Source of the DNA: Chiloscyllium plagiosum
Lineage: Eukaryota
Length of the DNA stretch: 64,000 nt
Direction of reading: 5' to 3'
Assembly: GCF_004010195.1 (NCBI RefSeq)
Contig: NC_057718.1
Location: forward strand, 45,682,322-45,746,321
Every line of letters begins with the position of its first letter. Position 1 is the stretch's first letter. Positions 39,925 to 51,450 of this stretch are shown one piece after another. The translations under genes and the position numbers were made by a program. A model generated the notes under the pieces. The model worked only from the letters and a program-made list of their open reading frames with translations, ran no database searches and was not told the DNA's origin.

Positions 39925-40514
39925 CATATACAAAGCCTCTTATAAATTGATGGTTCACCATTTCTAACAGGAAAAGGTTGATAAACTGCATAATGTGACA
40001 TTAACAAATTTTAGAGAGATCATGTTTGAGTGAAGAGGACCAAGCAGCTTCAGGTATCAGGCCTTGGACTCATTTGAATAGGGGTACTAGAAGGTTAGCT
40101 TAAAAAAAAAGACTGGATCACAGTTAGCATTGCAGCTACACTTAATTGATGTACTCCGAGAAAAGAATGCAAGCGGAAGCAATGGTGTGGCAGTATCCAG
40201 CGATTAGGTTAATGCTCTAGGACCTGAGCTCAAATCCCATAAATAGTGGAATCTAAGTTCCAAAACAAACCTCTGGCATTAAAAGAAACCATTGTCGTAT
40301 CAACCCATGTTGTCTGGCGTAGACACCAAAGTGGTGTCCTAAAAAGTCTCAAAGAAGTTGGCATCAACTAGGGCACTACAAGGTTCTCTGCGTTAACATC
40401 CAAGGAGTAGTGCCAAATTGCAAAGACTGACATTAGCTTTTAAGGTATGATTCCATAAATATGACAATCCTCTGTCTCACTGACAAGACAGATAAAAGAT
40501 GCAGCGACATATTT
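39925..40514 (+). repeat. 590-bp direct repeat, copy 1 (copy 2 at 40772-41361)
   Basis: Offset 847 bp; only 3 mismatches seen by eye. Confidence 0.97.
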
Positions 40515-40771
40515 ATAGAACATAGAACATAGAACATAGAAGAATACAGCGCAGTACAGGCCCTTGGGCCCTCGATGTTGCGCCGATCCAAGCCCACCTA
40601 AACTACACTACCCCACTATCCTCCATATACCTATCCAATGCCCTCTTAAATGCCCATAAAGAGGGAGAGTCCACCACTGTTACTGGCAGGGCATTCCATG
40701 AACTAACGACTCGCTGAGTGAAGAACCTACCCCTAACATCAGTCCTATATCTACTCCCCCTTAATTTAAAG
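40515..40771 (-). mobile_element. Young CR1 3' end with (GTTCTAT)n tail
   Basis: FKLRGSRYRTDVRGRFFTQRVVSSWNALP...ALDRYM; (atagaac)n at 40515-40541. Confidence 0.95.
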
Positions 40772-41361
40772 CATATACAAAGCCTCTTATAAATTGATGG
40801 TTCACCATTTCTAACAGGAAAAGGTTGATAAACTGCATAATGTGACATTAACAAATTTTAGAGAGATCATGTTTGAGTGAAGAGGACCAAGCAGCTTCAG
40901 GTATCAGGCCTTGGACTCATTTGAATAGGGGTACTAGAAGGTTAGCTTAAAAAAAAAGACTGGATCACAGTTAGCATTGCAGCTACACTTAATTGATGTA
41001 CTCCGAGAAAAGAATGCAAGCGGAAGCAATGGTGTGGCAGTATCCAGCGATTAGGTTAATGCTCTAGGACCTGAGCTCAAATCCCATAAATAGTGGAATC
41101 TAAGTTCCAAAACAAACCTCTGGCATTAAAAGAAACCATTGTCGTATCAACCCATGTTGTCTGGCGTAGACACCAAAGTGGTGTCATAAAAAGTCTCAAA
41201 GAAGTTGGCATCAACTAGGGCACTACAAGGTTCTCTGCGTTAACATCCAAGGAGTAGTGCCAAATTGCAAAGACTGACATTATCTTTTAAGGTATGATTC
41301 CATAAATATGACAATCCTCTGTCTCACTGACAGGACAGATAAAAGATGCAGCGACATATTT
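40772..41361 (+). repeat. 590-bp direct repeat, copy 2
   Basis: Matches 39925-40514. Confidence 0.97.
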
Positions 41362-43900
41362 GCATACAATGAGGTGATATCTTGGGAGTCCTTAATATTA
41401 ACTCTGCATCCAGCCAATTCCTAATCCAAACCTCCAACTCACCCTCAATGCCATATCTCCGTATTTTCTGCAGTAGCCTACCATTTGCATACAATGAGGT
41501 GATATCTTGGGAGTCCTTAATATTAACTCTGGATGCTATGAGGCCTCATCGCATCAGGTCAAACTTGGACAAGGAAACTTGCTTTTGATACTCATGCACC
41601 ATCTTTCTTCAGCTAGGATCAGTATGCCACAATGTTGCAGGAAGCACAGAGTGAAGAATGTGTTCCAGGTTGGATGTTTCAGGGTCCCATCACAAAGAGT
41701 GGCTCAAAAGCAACAGCTCTACTCACTGAGCTGTTAATTCGGAAGACTAGACTGGTCTGCACTAGGTGGTGAAGGAATCAAAACGAGGGAAAAACCAGAC
41801 TTTACCTTGCCTTCACAGAAACACCTGCCACAGATGCATCTGTCCAAGACAATATTGATAAGGACTGTGTGCAGTGATTGCTCTTGTGGCTTCACACTAA
41901 CATCTTCTATTGTGTTGCGTGGCACGACCACTGTGCCAAATGCGATAGACTTCAACCAAATCTAGAAACTTAAGGCATCAACATCATGAAGTCCTGTGGG
42001 CCATTAGAAATAGCAGAATTGTATTTCAACACAATCTGCAACCTCACAGCCTGGCCTGGCATATCCCCATTCCACCATTACCATCAATCGAGGGAATCAA
42101 TCCTGGCTAAACATAAAACTTTTAAAAAATGGAGTACAGGATAGCATGCCAGGAGGAGGACCAGACATGTCTAAAAATGAAAAGTCAACCTGATGAATCT
42201 AAAACACAGACGTACTTGTGCGCTAAACAACAGGAATCAACAAATGACTATATTATTGAAGACCTATGCTCTAAACCAGGCTGTTCCAATACAGTTACAA
42301 GACTGGCAATCACCGTGCTTCTGGAAAATCACCCAGTTATGTCCTGTCCACAAAAACAAAAGGATTTCTAACCTGACAAATTACTTCCCATCAGTCTACT
42401 CTTGATCATCAGAAAAAAAAAAGTGATGGAAGGTGTCATCTACACAGCTCTCAAACAGCACTTGCTTAGCAACAACCTGCTCAATGTTTATGTTTAGCCA
42501 GGACCACTCAGCTCCTGACCTTATTACAGCCTTGGCTTAAATATGGACAAAAATCTTTTACTACAGTGACTTCCCTTGAAAGCAAGGTTAAATTTGACTG
42601 TGTGGGAGCAAGGAGCTCTAGTAAAACAGGAATCAGAGAGAAAACTTCATTTCTTAGAGTTTAGAAGGATGAGAAAGGAATCCCATTGAAACTCTCAGAA
42701 CACAGAGACCTGGATAGAGTGGACGTGGAGAAGATGCATGTCCACTAGTAGGACAGACTAGAACTCTCGTTTGTACATCCTCAGAAGGAAGGAACAACCT
42801 TTTAGAATGGTTTTAAGGAGGAATTTCTTCATCCAAAAGTATGGCAAATCTGCATAACTTGCTGCCACAGAAGGCTGTGGAGACCAAGTCCTTGAGTGTA
42901 TTTGAGATAGATAGGTTCTTGATTTGCAAAGGGATCAAAAGGGGAGAAGGCAGGACAGGGTTGAGAAACAGATCAGCCACAATCAAGTGGTGGAGTACAC
43001 CCAATGAGCCAAATGGCCTAAATCAGTTTCTAAATCTTATGGTCTTATACTTTTTTTTAAAAAAGAGTGCAGAAGAATGAAAGGAGATATGACTGATGTA
43101 AACAGGATGCAAAATGATCAATAAAGTAGGCACACACAGAGAATGTTTCCTGTTGTGGGGCAATCTAGAAAGTGAGGTCATACTTTTACAATAAGGGATA
43201 GCCAATTTAAAACAGAGATGAAGAGAAATTACTTCTCTCAAAAAGGTTGTGAACCTGTGGAATTCACTACCCAAGAGCATGGTGGTTGAGTAAGTTTGAA
43301 GGGGAGACAGGCTTATGGAGAGCAGCAGGAAAGTGAAGCTGAGGCCACTCCTGCTCTTGGTTCTGGTATCTTTGTATAAACGCAGTATCTACAAGAGCAA
43401 TTCACCTTCTGTTTTCACTGAACCAAAGCACATTCGGCATGTGATATCTCATTTCTTGGGTGACTGCAGCTCCAACAACAGTCAAGAAGCTTGACACCAT
43501 CTAGGATAAAGTAGCCCACTTGACTGCTACTTGAAACATTCACTCTGTCCACCACCCATGTACAGTCACACCACCTACAAGACGCACTGCAGTAATTCAC
43601 CAAGGCTCCTAAGATAGCAACTTCCAAATACATGACCATTAGCATCTAGAAGCACAAGGACAAAAGGTACATGGGAACATAATCACCTGCAAACTCCTCA
43701 CTAACCCACTGACCATTCTGACTTGGACATGGGTCGAAATCCTGCAACTCCCACTCTAAAAGCATATGTATTAACCTGCATGAAACGTGTGGCAGAGGTT
43801 CAAGAATGCAGACAGCCACTACGTTAAGGTCCATTTGGGATCAGAGATAAATGCTGGTTCAGCCAGCAATGCCCACATCCACTGAATAAGTAAATTTGAA
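41027..43900 (+). mobile_element. Decayed copy of the second LINE family, interrupted by CR1 3' fragments (~42645-43050, ~43060-43370)
   Basis: Head at ~41030; VNIQGVVP and LSH*QDR (APE); PHSTITI; QLCPVHK...NLTNY.PISLL.II..VMEGVI (RT); AAPTTVKKLDTI*DK; tail ataaatgctgg...gcccacatcc at ~43850-43890. Confidence 0.7.
41407..41482 (-). mobile_element. 76-bp internal CR1 RT fragment between 49-bp direct repeats (41358-41406, 41483-41531)
   Basis: Minus strand translates without stops to GRLLQKIRRYGIEGELEVWIRNWLD, the segment that follows DKVPH in CR1 RT. Confidence 0.9.
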
Positions 43901-45572
43901 AAAGACTCTGGGAATGGAGACAGTGGTTCACAGGGTTGGCAGGAAGGATGAATTGTCATTAATTGGGATAACTGACAGCATGAGTGGGCAGGGCGCAGCA
44001 GCGATCAATGAAATTGAAAACTGAATGTGGGGAAATCTTCGGCTGGCTGAGGGTAAGTGTGGAACTCCTAGGGCTGGGGAGGACTGCTGACATTGTAATT
44101 TGCAATCAAGAATCTCTTACCTCAATATCTAGAGATAAATAACTTATTTTGATTATTGCAGTTATTTCTGAGTGGGGCCTACTATTTTGCTGAGATCCCT
44201 CAGGCACAAAACTGTCCTGCAATGGGGCCCTCAAGCAGGGGTTAAGGTTTGGTAAACGATTTCACTTGTTCAGTTTACCCAATAGGGCAGGCAACAGACT
44301 TGTGTGCACGCGCGCGTGTGGTTTTTCATTTTGTGAGAGCCTGCTTAACACCTGAAAACAGGGGACTATACAGTCCAATCTCTCGGCTGAGTCATGCCAA
44401 TAGGAAATGTGTGTGAATATTAAATTTATAAATTAAACTATACTGATATGGAACCAGCTTCAATTTGGATTGTTTCCATTTTCAGAATTCATTAACATCC
44501 TTGGAGGATGTGCACAATCTTTTATTACCAGGTCATTACAACTACTGTGGTTTATTCCTGGCAATGGCAACTGAAACCTGTAAATTGCCTTTTGCGTTTC
44601 TTTTCCCATTAAAATTCAAAATGGCTCAAACTGATTAATAACAGAGGCATTTCTCAATTTATTAAAAACAGAAAATATTTGATGTACTCAAATTTTTTGA
44701 CTGCAAACAAAATTACTGTTTCCTAAAGTGTCCAGTGTGTGAAGTAAAGTCATAACTCGTAATGAAGTAGTAACAACCAACCACTGCTCTGGTAATAAGG
44801 GGCTTTTCATGCTTCTGAAGCAGCTAATGAGATACTTGATCCCTTTTTAATTCAACAAGTCTGAACCTTTGACTATCTAATACAAAATAATGGTTCACAC
44901 AAAAACAAACTGTTTCAGCAAGAGTCTGGGCATGGTGTATATAGAGGTGAAACACATTAGGATCAGGATGAAATTTAAGGTGCTTTACTACATATAATAT
45001 TCAGGAAAATAATAAATACAGAAGCACATCTCTGGCAGAGATAACAAACTCCTCTCTACTGGCTGTGAATTCAGAAAAGATAAACATGTCTAAAGAGCAG
45101 TAAAAAGGTAAAGCATGAACATTATGCACTGCAACAGAGAAACATATGTACAAGGGAAGTTTATGTAAAGATACATCCATAGAAAGTATTACCAAAATAC
45201 AGAAAAAAGCATTAGTGTGGTTATAGCAAATTTTGACTCAAAAGTAACGAAACTCTACATTTCACATACAGTTTCCAGAAGAAATGTACTGCAGGAAGGA
45301 ACATCCATGAGAACACAATTGCAATTTCAAATCTTACCAATCTTATCTTGACGTGCAAAACTCTCATGTAATAGGGCAGCAATAAATAACAAGTATCAGC
45401 TGGATTTGCACATCTGATGTATTCCAATTACATGAGGCAACGGTGGATTCGTTTGACAGAGACTGCAATACCACTCACAATATGGTACATAACAAAGTAG
45501 CAATGCTATATACAGAAGGAAAGCGCACTTCGGCACATGCATACATGTGCAAAAAATGTTGAGAATGATGTT

Positions 45573-45772
45573 CAGGTCGTTCTGCAGTAACGAGTGTCTT
45601 GTTAACACGAATTCGCTATAACTCAATTGATGAATTGGGGACACTGCTTCAATAGCGCAAACGTTCAAAGTGTGTGCTGGTTATAATGAGATTCCAGCCC
45701 AATTTATTTAAATGGTGCTGCTGTTACACGATTTTCTTATAATACAGAATTGCATGAGAATAGAACTGACTG
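45573..45772. mobile_element. MITE of the same family as 11975-12160
   Basis: caggtcgttctg...ttaacacgaattcgctataa aligns with the reverse complement of 12100-12160; ends ctg|TA. Confidence 0.65.
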
Positions 45773-46609
45773 TATATACAGAGTAGGAACAGAAGTAGGT
45801 CACTTGACTGCTTGAACTTGCTCCATTATTCAGCAGGATCAAAGCGGATGTGAACACAGAAGTGCGGAGGAAGGCACCAGCAATTAGTAAATAAAGCTAT
45901 AGTGATAGATGTAGTGGTGGTAGGGGATGCAGTAGGAAGAAATCCCAGTATGTTATCTTCTACTAGTAATATACTGAGATCCTAATGGATCTTCTGCTAA
46001 AGTAATCACATCGTACGAAGGAAGCAATTGTTTCCTTACAGCCTGCATTAGAAGATGGTTGGATCATTGGAAAGAACCAAATACTCAGTTATATATTGCC
46101 AGCTTTTGCAACATTATATCAAAAAGCAATGTCTTTTCGTATCTCGACTGAGTATCTGGCAAAATCTGCAATTGAGAATTGGGTCATAAAGACCAGAATT
46201 TCACACACAAAAGAAACCTGCCCGATGGTAATAAAGAGGATTTGTGCTCACATTTCTACTGTGAAAGCATAAATAGTTTCAATTGGCTTGAGAATGCTTA
46301 ACCATAGTAACAGGAGGTAAATGCATTCTGAAGAATTACAGAAGACCAATTTCCAATGTTGAAACAGATTAATAGGCATTGTAAAAACATGCCCTTAGCC
46401 TCCTGCATAGAGAAGCCCAGCAGCAATCCATTGGAACTCATGTTAACAGTTGCTCAGTACCATTACATAACTGTACTGAAATAACTGCAGAGAGGCTGGT
46501 ATCCCGTCACCAAATCATCCTCTACTTAGTTGTACACAGTACATTAACTGTAGGCAGCCAGCTCAAAGTCAGTCCCCTGGGCTGAGAAGATTCAAAATGC
46601 CCAGTTTAT

Positions 46610-46729
46610 TTTCTTTTTTTCCTTTTAGGGGAAATTCTGTTTTGTTTTCCCCAGCACGTGTGTGCATGTGCGTGTGTGTGTGCAGGTGCGAGACACAGAG
46701 ACACAAAGTGCACGAATCCTTATTCAATT
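46610..46729 (-). mobile_element. Short retroposed fragment with A-rich tail and 13-bp TSD
   Basis: atgcccagtttat (46597-46609) / atgccctgtttat (46730-46742); T-rich left end. Confidence 0.7.
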
Positions 46730-46799
46730 ATGCCCTGTTTATATCAGTCAGCTAGGGCTTCCTGATTGGCCCAGATTAATAACCCCTATCAAGGTTCTT

Positions 46800-48165
46800 G
46801 TGGTCAAAGAGTTGTACAGCATGAAAACAGATTATTTGATCCAATGTGTCCATGCTGACCAATTATCCTTAATAAATCTAGTCCCATTTGCCAACAGTTG
46901 ACCCATATCCCGCTAAACCTTTTCTATTCACATTTCCATCCAGGTGCCTCACAATGTTGTAATTGTATCAGTATCCACTACTTCCTCTGGCAGCTCGTTC
47001 TATACATGAACCAACATCTGCGTGAAAAAGTTGCCCCGGGGCTCTTTCAAATCTTCTCTCTCTCACCTTAAACCTATGCCTCTAGTTTTGGACTCCCTCA
47101 CCCTGGGAAAAATACCCCATCCACACCCCTCATCATATTATAAACCTCTAAAAGGTCACCTTTCAGCCTCGGACTCTCTAGGGGAAATAAGCCCAGACTA
47201 TTCAAACTCTCCAATACTGGCAACATCCTTGTATATTTTTTCTGAACCCTTTCAAGTTTCACAACATCCTTCCTATAGCAGGGAGGCCAGAATTGCATAC
47301 AGTATTCCAAAAGTGGCCTAACTAATTTTCTGTACAGCCACAACATAACCTCCCAACTTCTATACTCAATGGACTAACCAATAAAGGCAAGCATCAACCT
47401 CGGACTTTTTCATTGGAGAAAAGGAGGAGGAGAGGGGACCTAATTGAGGTATACAAGATAATGAGAGGCATAGATAGAGTCGATAGCCACAGACTATTTC
47501 CCAGGTCAGAAATGACTAACACAAGGGGTCATAGTTTTAAGCTAGTTGGAGGAAAGTATAGCGGGGATGTCAGAGGCGGATTCTTTACAAAGAGTTGTGA
47601 GAGCATGGAATACGTTGCCAGCAGCTGTTGTGGAAGCAAGGTCATTTTGGGGACATTTAAGAGACTACTGGACATGCTTAAAGTCACAGAAATTTGAGGG
47701 TGCATACATGCGGATCAGTGGTCGGCACAACATCATGGGCTGAAGGGCCTGTTCTGTGCTGTACAGTTCTATGTTCTATACCAAACACCTTCTTCACTGT
47801 CCTATCTGTGACTCCACTTTCAAGGAACTATGAACATACACCTCAAGATCTCTTTGTTCAGCAACAATCTCCTGGACTTCACCATTAAGAGTACAAGTCC
47901 ATCCCTGATTTGCCTTTCCAAAGTGCACCATTAAATTCCATCTAAATTAAACTCCATTTGCCAGTCCTTGACCCATTAACACATTTGATCAAGATCCCTT
48001 TGTGCTCAGAGGTAGCCTTCTTCATTGTCCATTCACTACACCTCGTATTTTGGCGTCATCTTCAAACTTACTAACCATATCTCCTATGTTCACATCCAAA
48101 TCATTTACGTAACTGATGGAAAACAGTAGACCCAGCACTGATTCTTGTAGCTCACTGCTAGTCAT
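46800..48165 (-). mobile_element. CR1 3' fragment split at 47394/47780
   Basis: LYRKLVRPLLEYCMQFW...ERVQKKYTRML; aagcat|accaaac rejoins across the nested insertion. Confidence 0.9.
47395..47779 (+). mobile_element. Younger CR1 3' end nested in an older CR1
   Basis: RRRGDLIEVYKIMRGIDRVD...; ttctatgttctat tail. Confidence 0.95.
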
Positions 48166-48639
48166 AGTCAACAAGATCCATCTTGTTCTAATTACAATAT
48201 GTACAAATGACAGTAAGCATCAGCTCTGAAAATACTGGGGCAAGAGAAACTATAGCTACGGAGATTGCTGTCCTCAGGTGAGTGTATTAGGATTGGTTAC
48301 ATATAGAATGACCAGATCCTCTGAAGTCTATGTCATGCCACATTGCCAACTGGGCAAGTACATAATAAGAAGATACATCATAATTATAAAGGAGGTCATG
48401 GTGTAGAAGGTAGGTTTGAACAACTTAGTGAGATTAGTTCATGTATTTTTTTCTGATACCGGGCATATGTTTTGACACAGGGAAAGTGGTGCTCTTTTCA
48501 AATATTGTCAATGGTCATCAGGAAGGCTCTGATTTCAGAAAATTAAAAAGCAGTACTTTCTTCAAGATGCCTGGTTGCATAACCAAATTATTGCCAGGGC
48601 AGAACTTTGCCAAATCTTAAATCATTGCTTGTCATGCCT

Positions 48640-49790
48640 GAAATTCTTTTAGTAAGTAACAAACCGGATAAAAGGAAACCAGTAGTTGTAATATATTTGG
48701 ATTTCCAAAAGGCACACAATAAGGTATCACAAATAAAACTACTTAATAAGAGCCTATGGTTTCAGGGTTATATTAGCATTGATAAGGGATGGGCCAAGAA
48801 ATAGATGCTAGAGAGTTCTGATAAGGGAGGATCTTTTCAGGATGTGAACCAGTAATCAGTGGAATGCTACAGGGATCAATGCTGGGGATATATTATATAT
48901 TAATGACTTGGGTAACAGGTGAAATCACCATCACAGGTTAGTGATTAACAAAACCAAGCGAGAAAGCAAATGGCGAGGATGACAGAGAATTTACGAAGAA
49001 TATAAACAGGTGACATAAGTGGGAAAGAACTTGGCTCATGGAATACAATGCGGGAAACTGTGAGGGTATGCATTTGGTAGAAAGAGGAAGAGATTATTTA
49101 AATAGAGAAAGAATGCAGAAGGCTACAGCACAATATTTGGGGTCCTCATGCAGGAATCACAAAAAGCTAGCATCCAAATTCAATGACTAACTGGAAAGGC
49201 AAATGGATTGCTAACCTTTACTTCAAAAAAGGAAAGGAGTGTAAAAATAGGAAAGTCTTGCTAATACTATACCAGTTGTCTAGTCAGACCACACAGAATA
49301 GTGTGAACAGTTTTGGTCCTCTTACCTTTCCTTAGATATGTTGACATTGGCAGCTGTTCAGATAAGGGCCTCTCAGTTGATCCTGTGTTTGGAGGGACGG
49401 TCTTATGAGGAAAGGTTGAGTAGGTTGGGCCTGGAGTTTAGAAGAATGAAGTGAGAACTTATTGAAACATTTAAGATTCTTAAGGGGCTTGTGTAGATGT
49501 GGGAAAGTTGAATTCAGAAGGTATAATTACAGAGAAAGGAGATAGCCATGTAAGATCGATGAGGAGGAATTTAATCTCTCAGAGAAGTCAATCTGTGGAA
49601 TTCTTTATCAGAAAGGGCTGTAGAAGCTGGATCATTAAGAATATGCAAAGCTTAGGTAACCAGATACTTAATCAACAATGGAATGAAGAGTTATGGGAAA
49701 AAAAGGCAGGAAAGTGGCATTGGGAATTATATCAGCAATGACCTCACTAAAAGACAGAAGAATTGATGGAACTCAGAATTTATGGTCTCT
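48640..49790 (+). mobile_element. Decayed CR1 RT fragment
   Basis: VIYLDFQKAHNKV, QGSMLG, LVRPH motifs with many stops. Confidence 0.85.
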
Positions 49791-51450
49791 CTGTAGTTGT
49801 CTAAGTCTGTACTGATTGCTCATCACAATTATTCATTTGGTCTTTATGATGTTGTTGGAAACAAGCACTGGGTTCTTGAAGTTAAGAAACTCCAGGGCAC
49901 AAAATAGGAATATGTTGGAACATCCTCCCCAGGATACACCACTTCATGAGATTTTCATAAGGCTTTTGAACAAAGTAGTGATTGCTCGATCATCTGTTCA
50001 ATGATAAGCAATTGCAATTATGTGCAAGAATAAGCAAGTAATTTAGATTTTTAATTTCTGACAAATGTAAGTTGTGCTTGGTAGCTATTGGACATGGTCC
50101 CTTAAAAAATGACAATCTTATCCATTCAATTATAGAGTTTTATTTTGTTCTGAGCACAAGATAAAAGAAAGTCTAGATGAATTTTCACTTTGAAGAATTC
50201 TATCTTCCAATATTTGAATAAGAGGAAAAAAAGAAAACATTATAAATGCTACAAGAAATACTTAAAAGAGAGTCATATCATGGGTCCTTTGCCCTCCTCT
50301 GCTTTTCAAATCACAAACTGCACTGAAATTTCACAACATTGTTTCTGCTAAAACATCAGACCATCAGCAGATCGTAAACCCACCAGCATTTCTGGCAGAT
50401 TTTGCTATGGTTCCTAACTGAGTGCAGGCATTACTATCATTCTTTTGAACAGAGAAGACAGATGAAATCTTGGACTGGATCTGTGAAAGGAAAAAGTCCT
50501 AATTAAAAGGGGCTGCAACAGGGTCAAAATGGCTTACCTACTCATGGACCTGATGTGGCAATGGCAGAAATGGAGGAAAGATCTGGGAAAGCAGATTGTT
50601 GGGTATTGCACTTTTCCCTAGATTCCTGCTCAGATATGTGAAGGAATGCAGTGAGACATCCTTCTTCAAGAATGGGAGCAAGTGACTAGCATCACAACAA
50701 AGATTGGAAATGTTATTCTATCTGGTGCACTGGGAAGGGGGTCCTGTTCCCGGAGGCTACAGATGTCAGCAATGACCTGTGAAACCTGAACTCCATAAGT
50801 GTTCCCCAAACACAATGAGACGACTGATACTCTGCTTGCTGATCCTATGTTTAGGGCCACCTCTTCGAACAGCTTCCAAAGAGGCTTTTCTAAGACCATA
50901 AGAAATAGGAACAGGAGATGGCTATTCAATAGGATCATTGCTGATCCAATATTCCTCAAATCCTTTTCCCTGTAACCCTGGATTCCCTTACTGATAAAGG
51001 ATCTCTCTCTCTCTCTCTCTCTGAACCTTAAATATACACAAGGCCTATATCCCCCACAGCTCTCTGTGGCAAGGAGTTCCAAAAGCGTCCAACCCTCAGA
51101 AGTATTCCCTCCTTACCTCAGTCTTAAATTGGCACCCCTTTATTCGGAGACTGTGGATCTTGGTCCTAAACTGTTCCCATTAAGGGAAACAACATCTCAG
51201 CATTTAGCTTGTCAAGCCCCTTAAGGATTCTGTATGTTTCAATGGGATCATCCTTCTTTCTTCTAAACTCCAGCAAGTAGAGTCCCAACCTGTTGAGCCT
51301 TTATTCATTAGCCAATCCCTCCATACCAGGGATCATCATCCTCTAAACTGTCTCCAATGAAATGATATGTTTCCTTAAATAAGGGGACCAAAACTGCTCA
51401 CAGAACTGCAAATGTGGTCTTACCAGCACCTTATACAGTTGCAGTAAGAC

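Larger units (their letters stand above)
46472..48196. mobile_element. Probable solo LTR (TGTA...TACA) split by later insertions
   Basis: tgta at 46472 and taca ending at 48196; LTR-like pieces at 46472-46609, 46730-46800 and 48165-48196. No clean TSD. Confidence 0.4.

Noticed and set aside
41358..41531. Repeat-spacer-repeat resembling a CRISPR unit
   Set aside because: Only two repeats, eukaryotic context, no cas genes; explained by the compound CR1 insertion.
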